Shown piece after piece: positions 42,823 to 51,432 of a stretch of DNA of 54,777 nucleotides. The translations under genes and the position numbers were made by a program. A model generated the notes under the pieces. It was given only the letters and a program-made list of their open reading frames with translations. It did no database searches and was not told the origin of the DNA. This stretch comes from a virus. Lineage: Duplodnaviria > Caudoviricetes. Every line of letters starts with the position of its first letter. Position 1 is the first letter of the stretch. The DNA lies in the IMG/VR virus record IMGVR_UViG_3300031688_000022, positions 1 through 54,777 of that record. One strand, given 5' to 3'.

Positions 42823-45079
42823 CTATAATCTCACCTTGTGGTAAGGGTTCATCTTTAATCACGTCTTCAGTCTTACCATCCATAGTGTTTTGGTAGTAAG
42901 ATGTCTTCCATCCATATTTGTAAGTATTCAATAAGTCTTTTGCCATGACCGATACTGGTACTTCATTGTTATCAAAATTCTCGGGATTGTAACTCCAGTT
43001 ACCACTGATTGCTTGGTCAAAGAACTTCTGCATCACTGCAACTGTTTTAATGTATCCCTCGTTATCAGGCATATCCCATAGTAATGTGTAATTGTTTTTC
43101 AGTATAGAATACTGAGGTACTACTTGTTTAAGTGTTCCTTTTTTGCTCTTCTTGACACTTAGGTAGTCTCTTGGTGGTTCTATTCCGTTTGTTGCATTAG
43201 AGACGACTGAGGACGATTCTGAGGGCATCTGAGCAGTAAGTGTCGAGTGTCGTAATCCGTGTACTTTAATCCGTGTTCTTAGTCTTTCCCAGTCCATTTT
43301 TAGGACATTAGGTACGATTGTATCTACTTCTTTCTTATAATGATCTATTGGTAATTTCCCTTGTGCATACATGGTTCTATCGAACCAATCACATTGACCC
43401 TTCTCGGATGCAATTTGATTAGACGCACATAGTAAATGATACTGAAATTCTTCTGTAAGATCATGCACCAATTGATGTGCTTGGGGGTCATCATACTTGA
43501 CCTTGTTCTTTGCAAGGAAATGTGCAAGACCGATGTAACCAATTCCTAGTGATCGTCTTGCAAGAGTTGATCTCTTTGCAGCTTCTACTGGGTATTCTTG
43601 GTAATCAATTAGTTCTTCTAATCCTCTTACTGCAAGATCACATAGACCTTGTAGTTCATCCATCTTAATGATGCCTACGTTGATTGCACTTAGAATGCAT
43701 AGTGCAATCTCACCTTCACCATCAATATGTGTGATAGGGTCGGTGGGAAGAGTGATCTCTTGACATAGGTTACTCATGTAAACTTTGTCTTGGAAACTAC
43801 TATGGGAATTGCAATGGTCTATATTCATAATATAAATCCTACCTGTCTCAGCTCGTTCTTTCAACATAGCCGTAAACAATTCCCTTGCACTAATCTTCGT
43901 TTTAGGTACTGAAGTTGCTCTCTCATACTTTTCGTAAAGTTCATCAAAGCCGTCAGTTCCAAATGCCTCATACAAGCCTGGCACTTCGTGGGGTGAGAAT
44001 AATGTGATGTCTTCGTTCTTCAAGAATCTCTTATAGAACAGTTCAGATAACTGAATAGAGTAATCTAATTTTCGTACTCTGTTATCTTCGGTTCCTTTGT
44101 TATTCTTTAGGACGATGATATCACCGATCTCTTGGTGCCAGATAGGGAAATGAACTGTTGCACTTCCTCCTCTCACACCATTCTGAGTACAACATCTTAC
44201 TGTCGTCTCGAATTTCTTTAGGAAAGGTATTACACCAGTATGCTGTACCTCTCCACCTCGTATTTTTGAACCAAGTCCTCGTATTCGTCCTGCGTTAATT
44301 CCAATACCAGCTCTTTGTGCAACGTACCTTCCGATGGCCATATCTGAGGAAAATATACTGTCGAGGGAATCTGCAGAGTCAACCAAAACACAACTCGCAA
44401 ATTGTCGTAATGGTGTCCTGACCCCTGCCATAATGGGTGTGGGTATGTTAATTTTGTACGTGGATATTGCATCGTAATACCTTTTGATATATTCTAAACG
44501 GTTGTCTTCGGGATAGTTTCTGAACAATGTCATTGCAATCAACATATACATGAACTGAGGTGTCTCAAACAACGTGTTGTCTGACCTGTCCTGTACTAGA
44601 TACTTGTCTACGATCTGTTGTAGACCAGCATAGGTGAATGTCACATCTCTTGAATGTTTGATCACCCGATCTATTTGTCCTATTTCTTCTTTGGTGTATG
44701 ACTTGAGGATGTCCTTATCATATACACCCTTACTGATATTCCTTTTTATGATATCATAAAGTGGTGGATAGATTGTTGAGTCTTGCCACTTAGTGTTGAA
44801 TACAGATTTCTGTACTCCGAATAGTAATAGCCGTGCAGCAACGAACTGATAATTTGGATGTTCCAAACTAATTAAATCCGATGCTGACTTGACTAATATT
44901 TGTTGAATGTCTTTTGTAGTTATACCATCAAAGAATTGAAGACCACTGTTCATTTCAACCAGTGATTCTGATACTCCTGTAACGTCTCTACATGCTTTCT
45001 CCACCATCTTATGAATCTTATCTAAGTCAATGTCTACCCTGCTTCCGTCTGACTTAAGTACTCTAAATGGTGCGTTCAT
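42788..45079 (-). CDS. nrdA: Class Ia ribonucleotide reductase alpha subunit
   Basis: ATP cone, PTPIMAGVRT, QFASCVL, SNLCQEI, MPSESSS, KTSYY, C-terminal CDAC. Confidence 0.98.
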   Translation of the reverse strand: MNAPFRVLKSDGSRVDIDLDKIHKMVEKACRDVTGVSESLVEMNSGLQFFDGITTKDIQQILVKSASDLISLEHPNYQFVAARLLLFGVQKSVFNTKWQDSTIYPPLYDIIKRNISKGVYDKDILKSYTKEEIGQIDRVIKHSRDVTFTYAGLQQIVDKYLVQDRSDNTLFETPQFMYMLIAMTLFRNYPEDNRLEYIKRYYDAISTYKINIPTPIMAGVRTPLRQFASCVLVDSADSLDSIFSSDMAIGRYVAQRAGIGINAGRIRGLGSKIRGGEVQHTGVIPFLKKFETTVRCCTQNGVRGGSATVHFPIWHQEIGDIIVLKNNKGTEDNRVRKLDYSIQLSELFYKRFLKNEDITLFSPHEVPGLYEAFGTDGFDELYEKYERATSVPKTKISARELFTAMLKERAETGRIYIMNIDHCNSHSSFQDKVYMSNLCQEITLPTDPITHIDGEGEIALCILSAINVGIIKMDELQGLCDLAVRGLEELIDYQEYPVEAAKRSTLARRSLGIGYIGLAHFLAKNKVKYDDPQAHQLVHDLTEEFQYHLLCASNQIASEKGQCDWFDRTMYAQGKLPIDHYKKEVDTIVPNVLKMDWERLRTRIKVHGLRHSTLTAQMPSESSSVVSNATNGIEPPRDYLSVKKSKKGTLKQVVPQYSILKNNYTLLWDMPDNEGYIKTVAVMQKFFDQAISGNWSYNPENFDNNEVPVSVMAKDLLNTYKYGWKTSYYQNTMDGKTEDVIKDEPLPQGEIIDDGEDCDACAI

Positions 45080-46125
45080 ATCTTTTTATATTCCTTAAAA
45101 TTAAGTTTAGCACTTAATCCTGTGTAAGTGCAAGAGTCTATTATAGAACAGATCACGTCACTTGTCAATCCGTTAAGTACCATTTCATTGATATCTTTTA
45201 GATCGGTAACACGTCTGTCATTCCATATGCAAACTTTGTATCCGAGATCAATAACTTCTTCAATTTTTTTGAGAATCTCGAAGTTACGAGGTTCATTATC
45301 GAATACTAGTACTGCCTTATCTTTAATGGTTTGGTCTATCTTCTTAAAATCACTACCACCTACTGCAATTGCATTCGGTAGAAATAGACTGTCTAGTGGC
45401 CCTTCGGTCACATAAATTGTTTTTGTTTTGTCCACTTTATTCAAATTGAAGATCAGTGGTGCATCTTCGTTAAATCTCATCGTTAAATATCTAAGTTTAG
45501 AGTTATTAATTGCTCTCCCACTTAGACCTAATAGTTCTCCCCTCTCCGAATAGAATGGTATTACTATCCTAGGGTCGTTACCCAAAACTCTGTCCTTATA
45601 CTTATCGTCAAGGAATGCAAGGTTCTGTGGTTTATCCGTGAACCATAGATCACTATAGTGATGTGAAGGAACCATTCTTGCCTCTAGATACTCCCTTGCA
45701 ACCGTAACTTCGGAGCAAGGTTTCATTAGAAATTTTAGATTCTCGACTGACATGATATCATCTTTATTTAGTAATTCTTGTTTTGGTTGAAACTTGAAAC
45801 TGTTACTTGACGGCATCTTATGTCCACTTGCATGAACCTTTGGTTTGCGTCCACTTTCCTTCAACCACTCCTTTATATATTCTTTATGAATGACTGGGAA
45901 ATGATCTTTAATGAAGTTTACGGACGATGTACTTTTACCACAATTGTGGCATTTATAGACGAACGATTGCTCCACGGTGAAATGATATCCACGTGCTTTA
46001 AAGGTGTTTTTAGAGGAGTCTCCACAATAGAGACATCGGTGATTTAGGGTGTTGTCACCCTTCCACTTTGCCATGTCCAATGAGGACACGATCATACTCA
46101 AATATTTTCGTTCTAACCATAACAT
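45076..46125 (-). CDS. gp61: DNA primase
   Basis: Zn finger CLYCGDS..CHNC, RIVIPF, TEGPLDSLF, FDNEPRN, KDINEM; start placed at ATG 46125 below the promoter. Confidence 0.95.
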   Translation of the reverse strand: MLWLERKYLSMIVSSLDMAKWKGDNTLNHRCLYCGDSSKNTFKARGYHFTVEQSFVYKCHNCGKSTSSVNFIKDHFPVIHKEYIKEWLKESGRKPKVHASGHKMPSSNSFKFQPKQELLNKDDIMSVENLKFLMKPCSEVTVAREYLEARMVPSHHYSDLWFTDKPQNLAFLDDKYKDRVLGNDPRIVIPFYSERGELLGLSGRAINNSKLRYLTMRFNEDAPLIFNLNKVDKTKTIYVTEGPLDSLFLPNAIAVGGSDFKKIDQTIKDKAVLVFDNEPRNFEILKKIEEVIDLGYKVCIWNDRRVTDLKDINEMVLNGLTSDVICSIIDSCTYTGLSAKLNFKEYKKI

Positions 46126-46132
46126 AAGTACC

Positions 46133-46161
46133 ATTATACATGATACTTGTGCTATTGTCTA
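46133..46161 (-). promoter_or_regulatory. sigma70-type promoter (TAGACA class), probably giving a leaderless primase mRNA
   Basis: TAGACA-N17-TATAAT, ATG 7 nt downstream. Confidence 0.7.
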
Positions 46162-46172
46162 GAGGGTATTAA

Positions 46173-46379
46173 CTATGCGTCAATAATAACTTGGATTTCA
46201 ACAAGGGAAGTATCCCATGATGTCTTACTTGCGTCGTATCCAGTTTTTTGAATATTGTCTGCAGCCATATCGTCATAACCTTCGGGTTTAACTGGTGGGT
46301 TTGCTGTCAAAAACTCTTTAATTTCTGGTGGTGTTAATGTACTTACTACTTCATCTCCGTCTGCCATTTCTTTCTCCAA
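46173..46379 (-). CDS. Small hypothetical protein
   Basis: GGAG SD before MADGD. Confidence 0.55.
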   Translation of the reverse strand: MEKEMADGDEVVSTLTPPEIKEFLTANPPVKPEGYDDMAADNIQKTGYDASKTSWDTSLVEIQVIIDA

Positions 46380-46401
46380 TTGGGGTTTGTAAAATTACTT
46401 A

Positions 46402-47226
46402 TTATTTAGGTTCTTCCATATTTCTAACCCGACTTTTTGGGACTTGTAAAACATATCTTTGCTCAATAACAGGTGGTTTCTTTTCTTCTACTTCTACTTT
46501 TCTAGTCCCTATAAGACCTACACTGGTTATCAGTAGTAGAACTGCAAGAGGGTCGAATACAAAGATGAGTGCAAATATCACCCATCTTACTGCGTTGTCT
46601 AGGTATTCAGTTGCTCTGTCCTGTCCATAGATTACCTCTGCAACATATTTAATAGGGCCGATCTCACCTTCCTGCATGAGTTGTTCCCTTTTAAGTGGCA
46701 TCATCTCTTCGTTATATGCAACCACTTGATCTATTATACCATCCATATCGATTGCGATCAACCCCCTTTCTTCCTTTTGTCTACGATCAATGTAGTTACG
46801 GTCTTTGGGTTGTGCAGTGTTGATGATAGTGTCGAGTCCCTCAAGTCTATTCTCTAGTCTTAGGAGTTTACCCTCTTCACCTGCAATTCGTTTCTCTATG
46901 ATTGATAACTCTAGTGAGAATGAGTCACCCTGTAGTGTTTGTTCGATGTTTGCTTTTGATAGGAATCCAAAGATACCTAATGAGGTGATTAACATTAACA
47001 CTACGACACTAGTAACTAGATACCACTTCTGCCACTTGATCTTATCCCAAAACAAGTGTAAGTATGCAGCCGTTACGAGTTTACCGAACTCTAATACCCC
47101 TGCCATAACCACCACTTCCATGTATGCTCCTGCAAATATAGTTGCAAGACCAATAACTGAGAAATACGCTGCGATGAACGCAATCAATATAGAGGTAGAT
47201 AAGGCGAGGTAATTCAAAAAGTTCAT
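46402..47226 (-). CDS. Conserved T4-like membrane protein with coiled coil
   Basis: AAYFSVIGLATIFAG, LITSLGIFGFLSKA, GPIKYVAE, FVFDPLAVLL. Confidence 0.85.
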   Translation of the reverse strand: MNFLNYLALSTSILIAFIAAYFSVIGLATIFAGAYMEVVVMAGVLEFGKLVTAAYLHLFWDKIKWQKWYLVTSVVVLMLITSLGIFGFLSKANIEQTLQGDSFSLELSIIEKRIAGEEGKLLRLENRLEGLDTIINTAQPKDRNYIDRRQKEERGLIAIDMDGIIDQVVAYNEEMMPLKREQLMQEGEIGPIKYVAEVIYGQDRATEYLDNAVRWVIFALIFVFDPLAVLLLITSVGLIGTRKVEVEEKKPPVIEQRYVLQVPKSRVRNMEEPK

Positions 47227-47229
47227 AAA

Positions 47230-47412
47230 TTATACGTTTGAGTTTCTTTTGATCAAGTCGAAAATCTGAGAAGGTTCGTAAACGTCCTTCCCTTTCTTCT
47301 TCTTCTTGACAATAGGCTCATGGGTAGATGTCGCACTACCTGTCGCGTTCATAGGTGCATCTTCCCACATCTTGAGATTTGCATAGATTTGTTCTTTTTT
47401 AGTATATGTCAT
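47230..47412 (-). CDS. Small hypothetical protein
   Basis: EDAPMNATG..PIVKKKKK motif. Confidence 0.6.
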   Translation of the reverse strand: MTYTKKEQIYANLKMWEDAPMNATGSATSTHEPIVKKKKKGKDVYEPSQIFDLIKRNSNV

Positions 47413-47962
47413 CGCCAGTCACCAGTACCCTATCTTCTCCGATATATCCTATGTACACTAACATTCCAAATATATTAGAATGTTCCTCATGTATATTTAT
47501 AAGCATCTTCTCGGGATAGACAGTTTCGTTTTGTTCTTTTAGGGGTCTTCGAAGTCTGTATGTCTTCTCAATTTCGACTGAAGGGACATCTGCAGCTTCA
47601 GTTAGTTGTTCCATGAACACTAGATCATTGTCTTTGAGGTGTCTGTAGAACTTCTCACACAACTCTTCCATCTGATCTTCGTTTATCTTAGTCTCTTCTT
47701 TCAGTAACAACAATGCAATGGCATAGGATGCGAATGCAGATTTACCGAAAGGAACCTTTTGTATGATTCGTTTGAGGTTGAACACTAGTCTATGTAGTAA
47801 GGTGTAAGACTGTTTATCTTCTGAAGTCTCTATCTCTCTATCATAGAGTCTACCACCCTTCTTATCTATGATACCCAATTTATATGCATCAAAATCTGTC
47901 CACTTGGTAGTGAGCATTTTAAGTGTTCGGAAGACTATAAGTGTATCAATGATTCGGGACAT
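47399..47962 (-). CDS. Conserved T4-like hypothetical (late) protein
   Basis: DAYKLGIIDKKG, LHRLVFNLKR, SYAIALLLLKE; CTAAATA upstream. Confidence 0.8.
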   Translation of the reverse strand: MSRIIDTLIVFRTLKMLTTKWTDFDAYKLGIIDKKGGRLYDREIETSEDKQSYTLLHRLVFNLKRIIQKVPFGKSAFASYAIALLLLKEETKINEDQMEELCEKFYRHLKDNDLVFMEQLTEAADVPSVEIEKTYRLRRPLKEQNETVYPEKMLINIHEEHSNIFGMLVYIGYIGEDRVLVTGDDIY

Positions 47963-48000
47963 ATAGTTATTTAGGTTGTTTTAAACCTCTAAGTTTGAAA

Positions 48001-48076
48001 TGGAGCCCCCAATCTGATTCGAACAGATCACCTACTGCTTACAAAGCAGTTGCTCTACCGAATGAGCTATGGGGGC
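48001..48076 (-). tRNA. tRNA-Thr (TGT)
   Basis: GCCCCCA/TGGGGGC acceptor, TGT anticodon, GTTCGAATC T-loop, encoded CCA. Confidence 0.96.
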
Positions 48077-48081
48077 CGAGA

Positions 48082-48453
48082 TTAAAGTTCTGTTAGTTTT
48101 TGTGTAAGGTGTTTGTCTACTGGGATTTTAGTGTCAAAGTCTAGTGTAACGTAACCTAGGTACAATAACATCGTTTTAATAGATGCCCAATATACATCAT
48201 CCTTTATCTTGAATCTCAACATTCTCATAGATGCATCGAATCCGAATACATTGAGAATAGTTATAACATGGTTTAACATCAAACGTTCTCTCAATTCACC
48301 ACTCTCGTGGTATCTGAAAAGGAGACGTTTTAGATATCGGAACCTACGAAGGTCTTCATAAAAATCCTCAATGTCTTCACATTGAGGGTCATCGTAGTGT
48401 TGTAATGCGAATGCATTAAAATTCTTAATAGTTATCTTGTCAAATAGACCCAT
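48082..48453 (-). CDS. Conserved T4-like hypothetical protein
   Basis: YDDPQC..FYEDLRRFRYLKRL, ERLMLNHVI. Confidence 0.85.
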   Translation of the reverse strand: MGLFDKITIKNFNAFALQHYDDPQCEDIEDFYEDLRRFRYLKRLLFRYHESGELRERLMLNHVITILNVFGFDASMRMLRFKIKDDVYWASIKTMLLYLGYVTLDFDTKIPVDKHLTQKLTEL

Positions 48454-48486
48454 AATATATCATAATGTAATTGGTTTGTCTTTTAT

Positions 48487-48897
48487 TTAGACGAGTGAAC
48501 CATAGACTTTAAAGCATCCTGTTTCTAATTTCTCTATTTTTAGAGATAATGTGTAGGACTCTGAACTAGTGTCAAACTCATCAAATGCAGTATCTACTGT
48601 CTTACCGAATGATTCATTTCTGACGAAACCGATGGAATGAGTTCCACCTTGTGAAAAATCTAGGACTGACTCCATCTCGTGTTCTGCATCAGCTTCAACA
48701 ACTACTCTTGATAGTCCGATTTGAAGTAATTTTGCTTCCATCTGATTGAATGCAGCTTCAGGATTCAAATACTCTGTAGTGGCACAATGACCTAATACGG
48801 CATTAACTCTTGACTTGATAACTGAATCAGTAATATCATATGCTGATTGCTCTGAGATTAGTCCTGATTCTGTTATAAAACTTTTAAATGTTTTCAT
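48487..48897 (-). CDS. Putative virion protein with capsid-targeting-like N-terminus
   Basis: MKTFKSFITE resembles the T4 internal-protein targeting sequence MKTYQEFIAE. Confidence 0.7.
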   Translation of the reverse strand: MKTFKSFITESGLISEQSAYDITDSVIKSRVNAVLGHCATTEYLNPEAAFNQMEAKLLQIGLSRVVVEADAEHEMESVLDFSQGGTHSIGFVRNESFGKTVDTAFDEFDTSSESYTLSLKIEKLETGCFKVYGSLV

Positions 48898-48901
48898 ATT
48901 C

Positions 48902-49165
48902 TTATCCTATTTGTGCAACACCAACACCAAGTACTTCTGCATGAGCAGCGTATACTTCGTCTTTAGGGTTCTTGTTAACTACTTCACTTGAACCTACACC
49001 TAGTGTAAATGTTCCGATTGTTACGTTGGCAACTGTCTCGACAGTTACTACTCGTGCAGAGGCACCACTGTTATGGACTCTAACTGCGGAACTTAATCCG
49101 AAGTTAGAACCATTGGTAGTAGAAGTTCCACATGCAGCTTCTGAACTTAATAATTTAATTTTCAT
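48902..49165 (-). CDS. Small beta-rich putative structural protein
   Basis: 87 aa, Gly/Val/Thr-rich, late cluster. Confidence 0.65.
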   Translation of the reverse strand: MKIKLLSSEAACGTSTTNGSNFGLSSAVRVHNSGASARVVTVETVANVTIGTFTLGVGSSEVVNKNPKDEVYAAHAEVLGVGVAQIG

Positions 49166-49169
49166 CCGA

Positions 49170-49742
49170 TTATGCTACTGCTGTGATTGTACCAGCTGCT
49201 GTGCCGATACCTGCTATTGAAGTAATTGTACTTACTGTTGAAGTACCTTTGTCTTTAATAGTTCCACCAGCCAATGCAAGTGGATTAACACCGACAGTCA
49301 ATACGTCATTTGCAGCGATAGTTGCTGATGCAGCTGACACGACTAATGCGAATGTTAGTTCGTTAGTACCTGTACCAGTTGTGTATACTAATGAATGAGG
49401 GCCTCTTCCTGAACCTGTACCTTGGTTACCGTTAGTAACTGCAAGTGTAGGATTGCCCACAACATCAACTGCTTCGTTGAATATAACTTTCATAGATAGT
49501 GTTGAACCAGCTGACACATCATGTGTAGTAGAAATCCAATCTATATCGGTAATATCAGCAGCACCTAGTGCAGTTGTAAGACCCGATGAAGACCATGCAA
49601 CAAGTGTTTCAGTTCTAACTCTAGAACCTACTGTTGTTGCCAATTCCCAACCATGTGGTTTTGCCTGTGTTTTTGTTTTCTCTGCGTCAGATAACCAATT
49701 AGGTTTAGACTCTGTTCCGCTTGTATGTCCCCATAATGCCAT
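49170..49742 (-). CDS. Putative virion structural protein with Ig-like domain
   Basis: MALWG start, FNEAVDVVGNPTL, YTTGTGTNELTF. Confidence 0.75.
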   Translation of the reverse strand: MALWGHTSGTESKPNWLSDAEKTKTQAKPHGWELATTVGSRVRTETLVAWSSSGLTTALGAADITDIDWISTTHDVSAGSTLSMKVIFNEAVDVVGNPTLAVTNGNQGTGSGRGPHSLVYTTGTGTNELTFALVVSAASATIAANDVLTVGVNPLALAGGTIKDKGTSTVSTITSIAGIGTAAGTITAVA

Positions 49743-49756
49743 TTTACTTCTCCTGT

Positions 49757-50305
49757 TTATCTGTTTGCGACTTTTAGTATCGCATCAAATGTTTTTTTGA
49801 AGGACTTTATATCCTTTTGTAATAATCCTAAGTATTTAGACCTGACTGGGGTCTTAAGACTCATTAATACTGTGTAAACTTTGGATGCATCATCATGCTT
49901 AATCTTAAGCTTTTTCATGTCATCCGTTCTTACTTCCGTATCCTTTTTTGTGTCATCTATACTTGCAAGTTGTGTTAAGACATTTGCATCGGGACGTAAT
50001 TGCATTCCCCTTGCTGTAGATGATAGAGCAGCTATTGCACTATTGACTACATCGTCTTCACTTGCTTCGGCATATTTGCCACCTGCCATCTTAGATATCT
50101 TATCTAACATAGACCTTAATTCTTCTTCAGTCTTTGCCTTTCCGACTGCACGAGCAATCTTCTTGTTACCAGCATCAGACATCATTCCAAAGTCTGCCCG
50201 TTTCTCGGTCATAACCTTGTTGATCTTCTTGGCTTCACCTTTGATGTACCCAAGTCTCTTCAATTTCTCTTTGAAGATTTTATATCTTGCGTCAACTCTA
50301 TCCAT
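49757..50305 (-). CDS. Hypothetical late protein
   Basis: VDARYKIFKE, FGMMSDAGNKKI motifs. Confidence 0.7.
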   Translation of the reverse strand: MDRVDARYKIFKEKLKRLGYIKGEAKKINKVMTEKRADFGMMSDAGNKKIARAVGKAKTEEELRSMLDKISKMAGGKYAEASEDDVVNSAIAALSSTARGMQLRPDANVLTQLASIDDTKKDTEVRTDDMKKLKIKHDDASKVYTVLMSLKTPVRSKYLGLLQKDIKSFKKTFDAILKVANR

Positions 50306-50320
50306 AAGGACTAATCTCGT

Positions 50321-50830
50321 TTACTTAGAGCAGTTGCATGGAGTGTTACCACATCCACAGTCTTCTTTGACTTCTTCACCTTTCTTTTTAGCGATTGCTT
50401 TTTTTAGTGCTGGAGGTAATTCACCTTCTTTGACATCTTCTTTGTCTTCGTCTTCACCTTTCTTTTTAGCAATTGCTTTTTTTAGTGCAGGAGGTAATTC
50501 ACCTTCTTTGACATCTTCTTTGTCTTCAGAATCGTCTTCTTTACCTTTCTTCTTGTCTATGTGTTTTTGAAGAGCAGGTGGAAGTGTTCCTTCTGATTTT
50601 GCACCGTCTTTACCTTCTTCGTCTTCACTATTCCAATTGTCTTCTACGTATGCAAAGAATTCTTTCTTCTTGTCATCTTTCAATTCTGCTGGAGATGTAA
50701 CACCAAATTTCTTTAATGCACCAGCAAAGAACTTCTTATAAGCAGCGGAAGATTCTACAACTTTCTTAGACGCCTCTACTAGTGAGTCTGTTAATCCAAG
50801 TCCGTATCCGTTAAATGCTTTGTTGATCAT
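50321..50830 (-). CDS. Charged repeat protein, putative head internal/core protein
   Basis: YKKFFAGALKKFGV..KKKEFF; repeated EGELPPALKKAIAKKKG. Confidence 0.75.
   Translation of the reverse strand: MINKAFNGYGLGLTDSLVEASKKVVESSAAYKKFFAGALKKFGVTSPAELKDDKKKEFFAYVEDNWNSEDEEGKDGAKSEGTLPPALQKHIDKKKGKEDDSEDKEDVKEGELPPALKKAIAKKKGEDEDKEDVKEGELPPALKKAIAKKKGEEVKEDCGCGNTPCNCSK
50373..50528. repeat. 78-nt tandem repeat, two copies, in frame
   Basis: Near-identical copies encoding KEDVKEGELPPALKKAIAKKKGE; degenerate third copy near 50545-50595. Confidence 0.9.
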
Positions 50831-51159
50831 TGTTCAAGTTCTCCTTTATCGAAGTAATCAAACAATTTTTGTTTGTTATCTTCAGTGAGCTCCATAGACT
50901 TTGCAAGTCTACCAAGCATGTTTTTTTCTGTTAGTTTTTGTACTGTTTGAATTGCTTCATCTTCTGCAACAACTTCTTCAAGTGCAGTTAAGACATCTTC
51001 AGGAGAAGCCTCAACGACTTCTTCAGTGAACCCTTCTAGTAAGGAATCGATCTCGTCCGATAATAACTCATCGTCTGTTTTTTCAACGATAGGTTGCTCT
51101 TTAAGTCCTGTACGAACTTGTTCGAGTATCTCTTTCCAATTTTCTGATTTAAAACTCAT
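50827..51159 (-). CDS. Acidic hypothetical late protein
   Basis: TATAAATA immediately upstream; Glu-rich. Confidence 0.7.
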   Translation of the reverse strand: MSFKSENWKEILEQVRTGLKEQPIVEKTDDELLSDEIDSLLEGFTEEVVEASPEDVLTALEEVVAEDEAIQTVQKLTEKNMLGRLAKSMELTEDNKQKLFDYFDKGELEQ

Positions 51160-51164
51160 ATGTT

Positions 51165-51172
51165 TATTTATA
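51165..51172 (-). promoter_or_regulatory. T4-type late promoter
   Basis: Exact TATAAATA 5 nt from the ATG. Confidence 0.7.
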
Positions 51173-51190
51173 TAATTCGGATTCCCGAAC

Positions 51191-51400
51191 TTATTCTCCT
51201 TCGTTTATATCAAATATTCCTAGAACCCAGTTTTCACCGAGATTTTCTGCAAATATCTCCGAATGGTTATGGCACTTCCGTGTTGCTAACCAATCATTCT
51301 GTTCATGCAAATCTACTTCATACCCTTTTGGGGTCTTAAATACTTCTGCATATCTACCAATACCACGATAAGTATGGCATAATTCTCTTCCTTCCATCAT
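51191..51400 (-). CDS. Small hypothetical protein
   Basis: AGGAG SD; HSEIFAENLGENWVLG motif. Confidence 0.7.
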   Translation of the reverse strand: MMEGRELCHTYRGIGRYAEVFKTPKGYEVDLHEQNDWLATRKCHNHSEIFAENLGENWVLGIFDINEGE

Positions 51401-51432
51401 TCTCTCCTACCCATATATTTAGGTGGTAAAGT

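Noticed and set aside
40741-45079. Introns or inteins in nrdA and nrdB
   Set aside because: Both ORFs are continuous and of normal length
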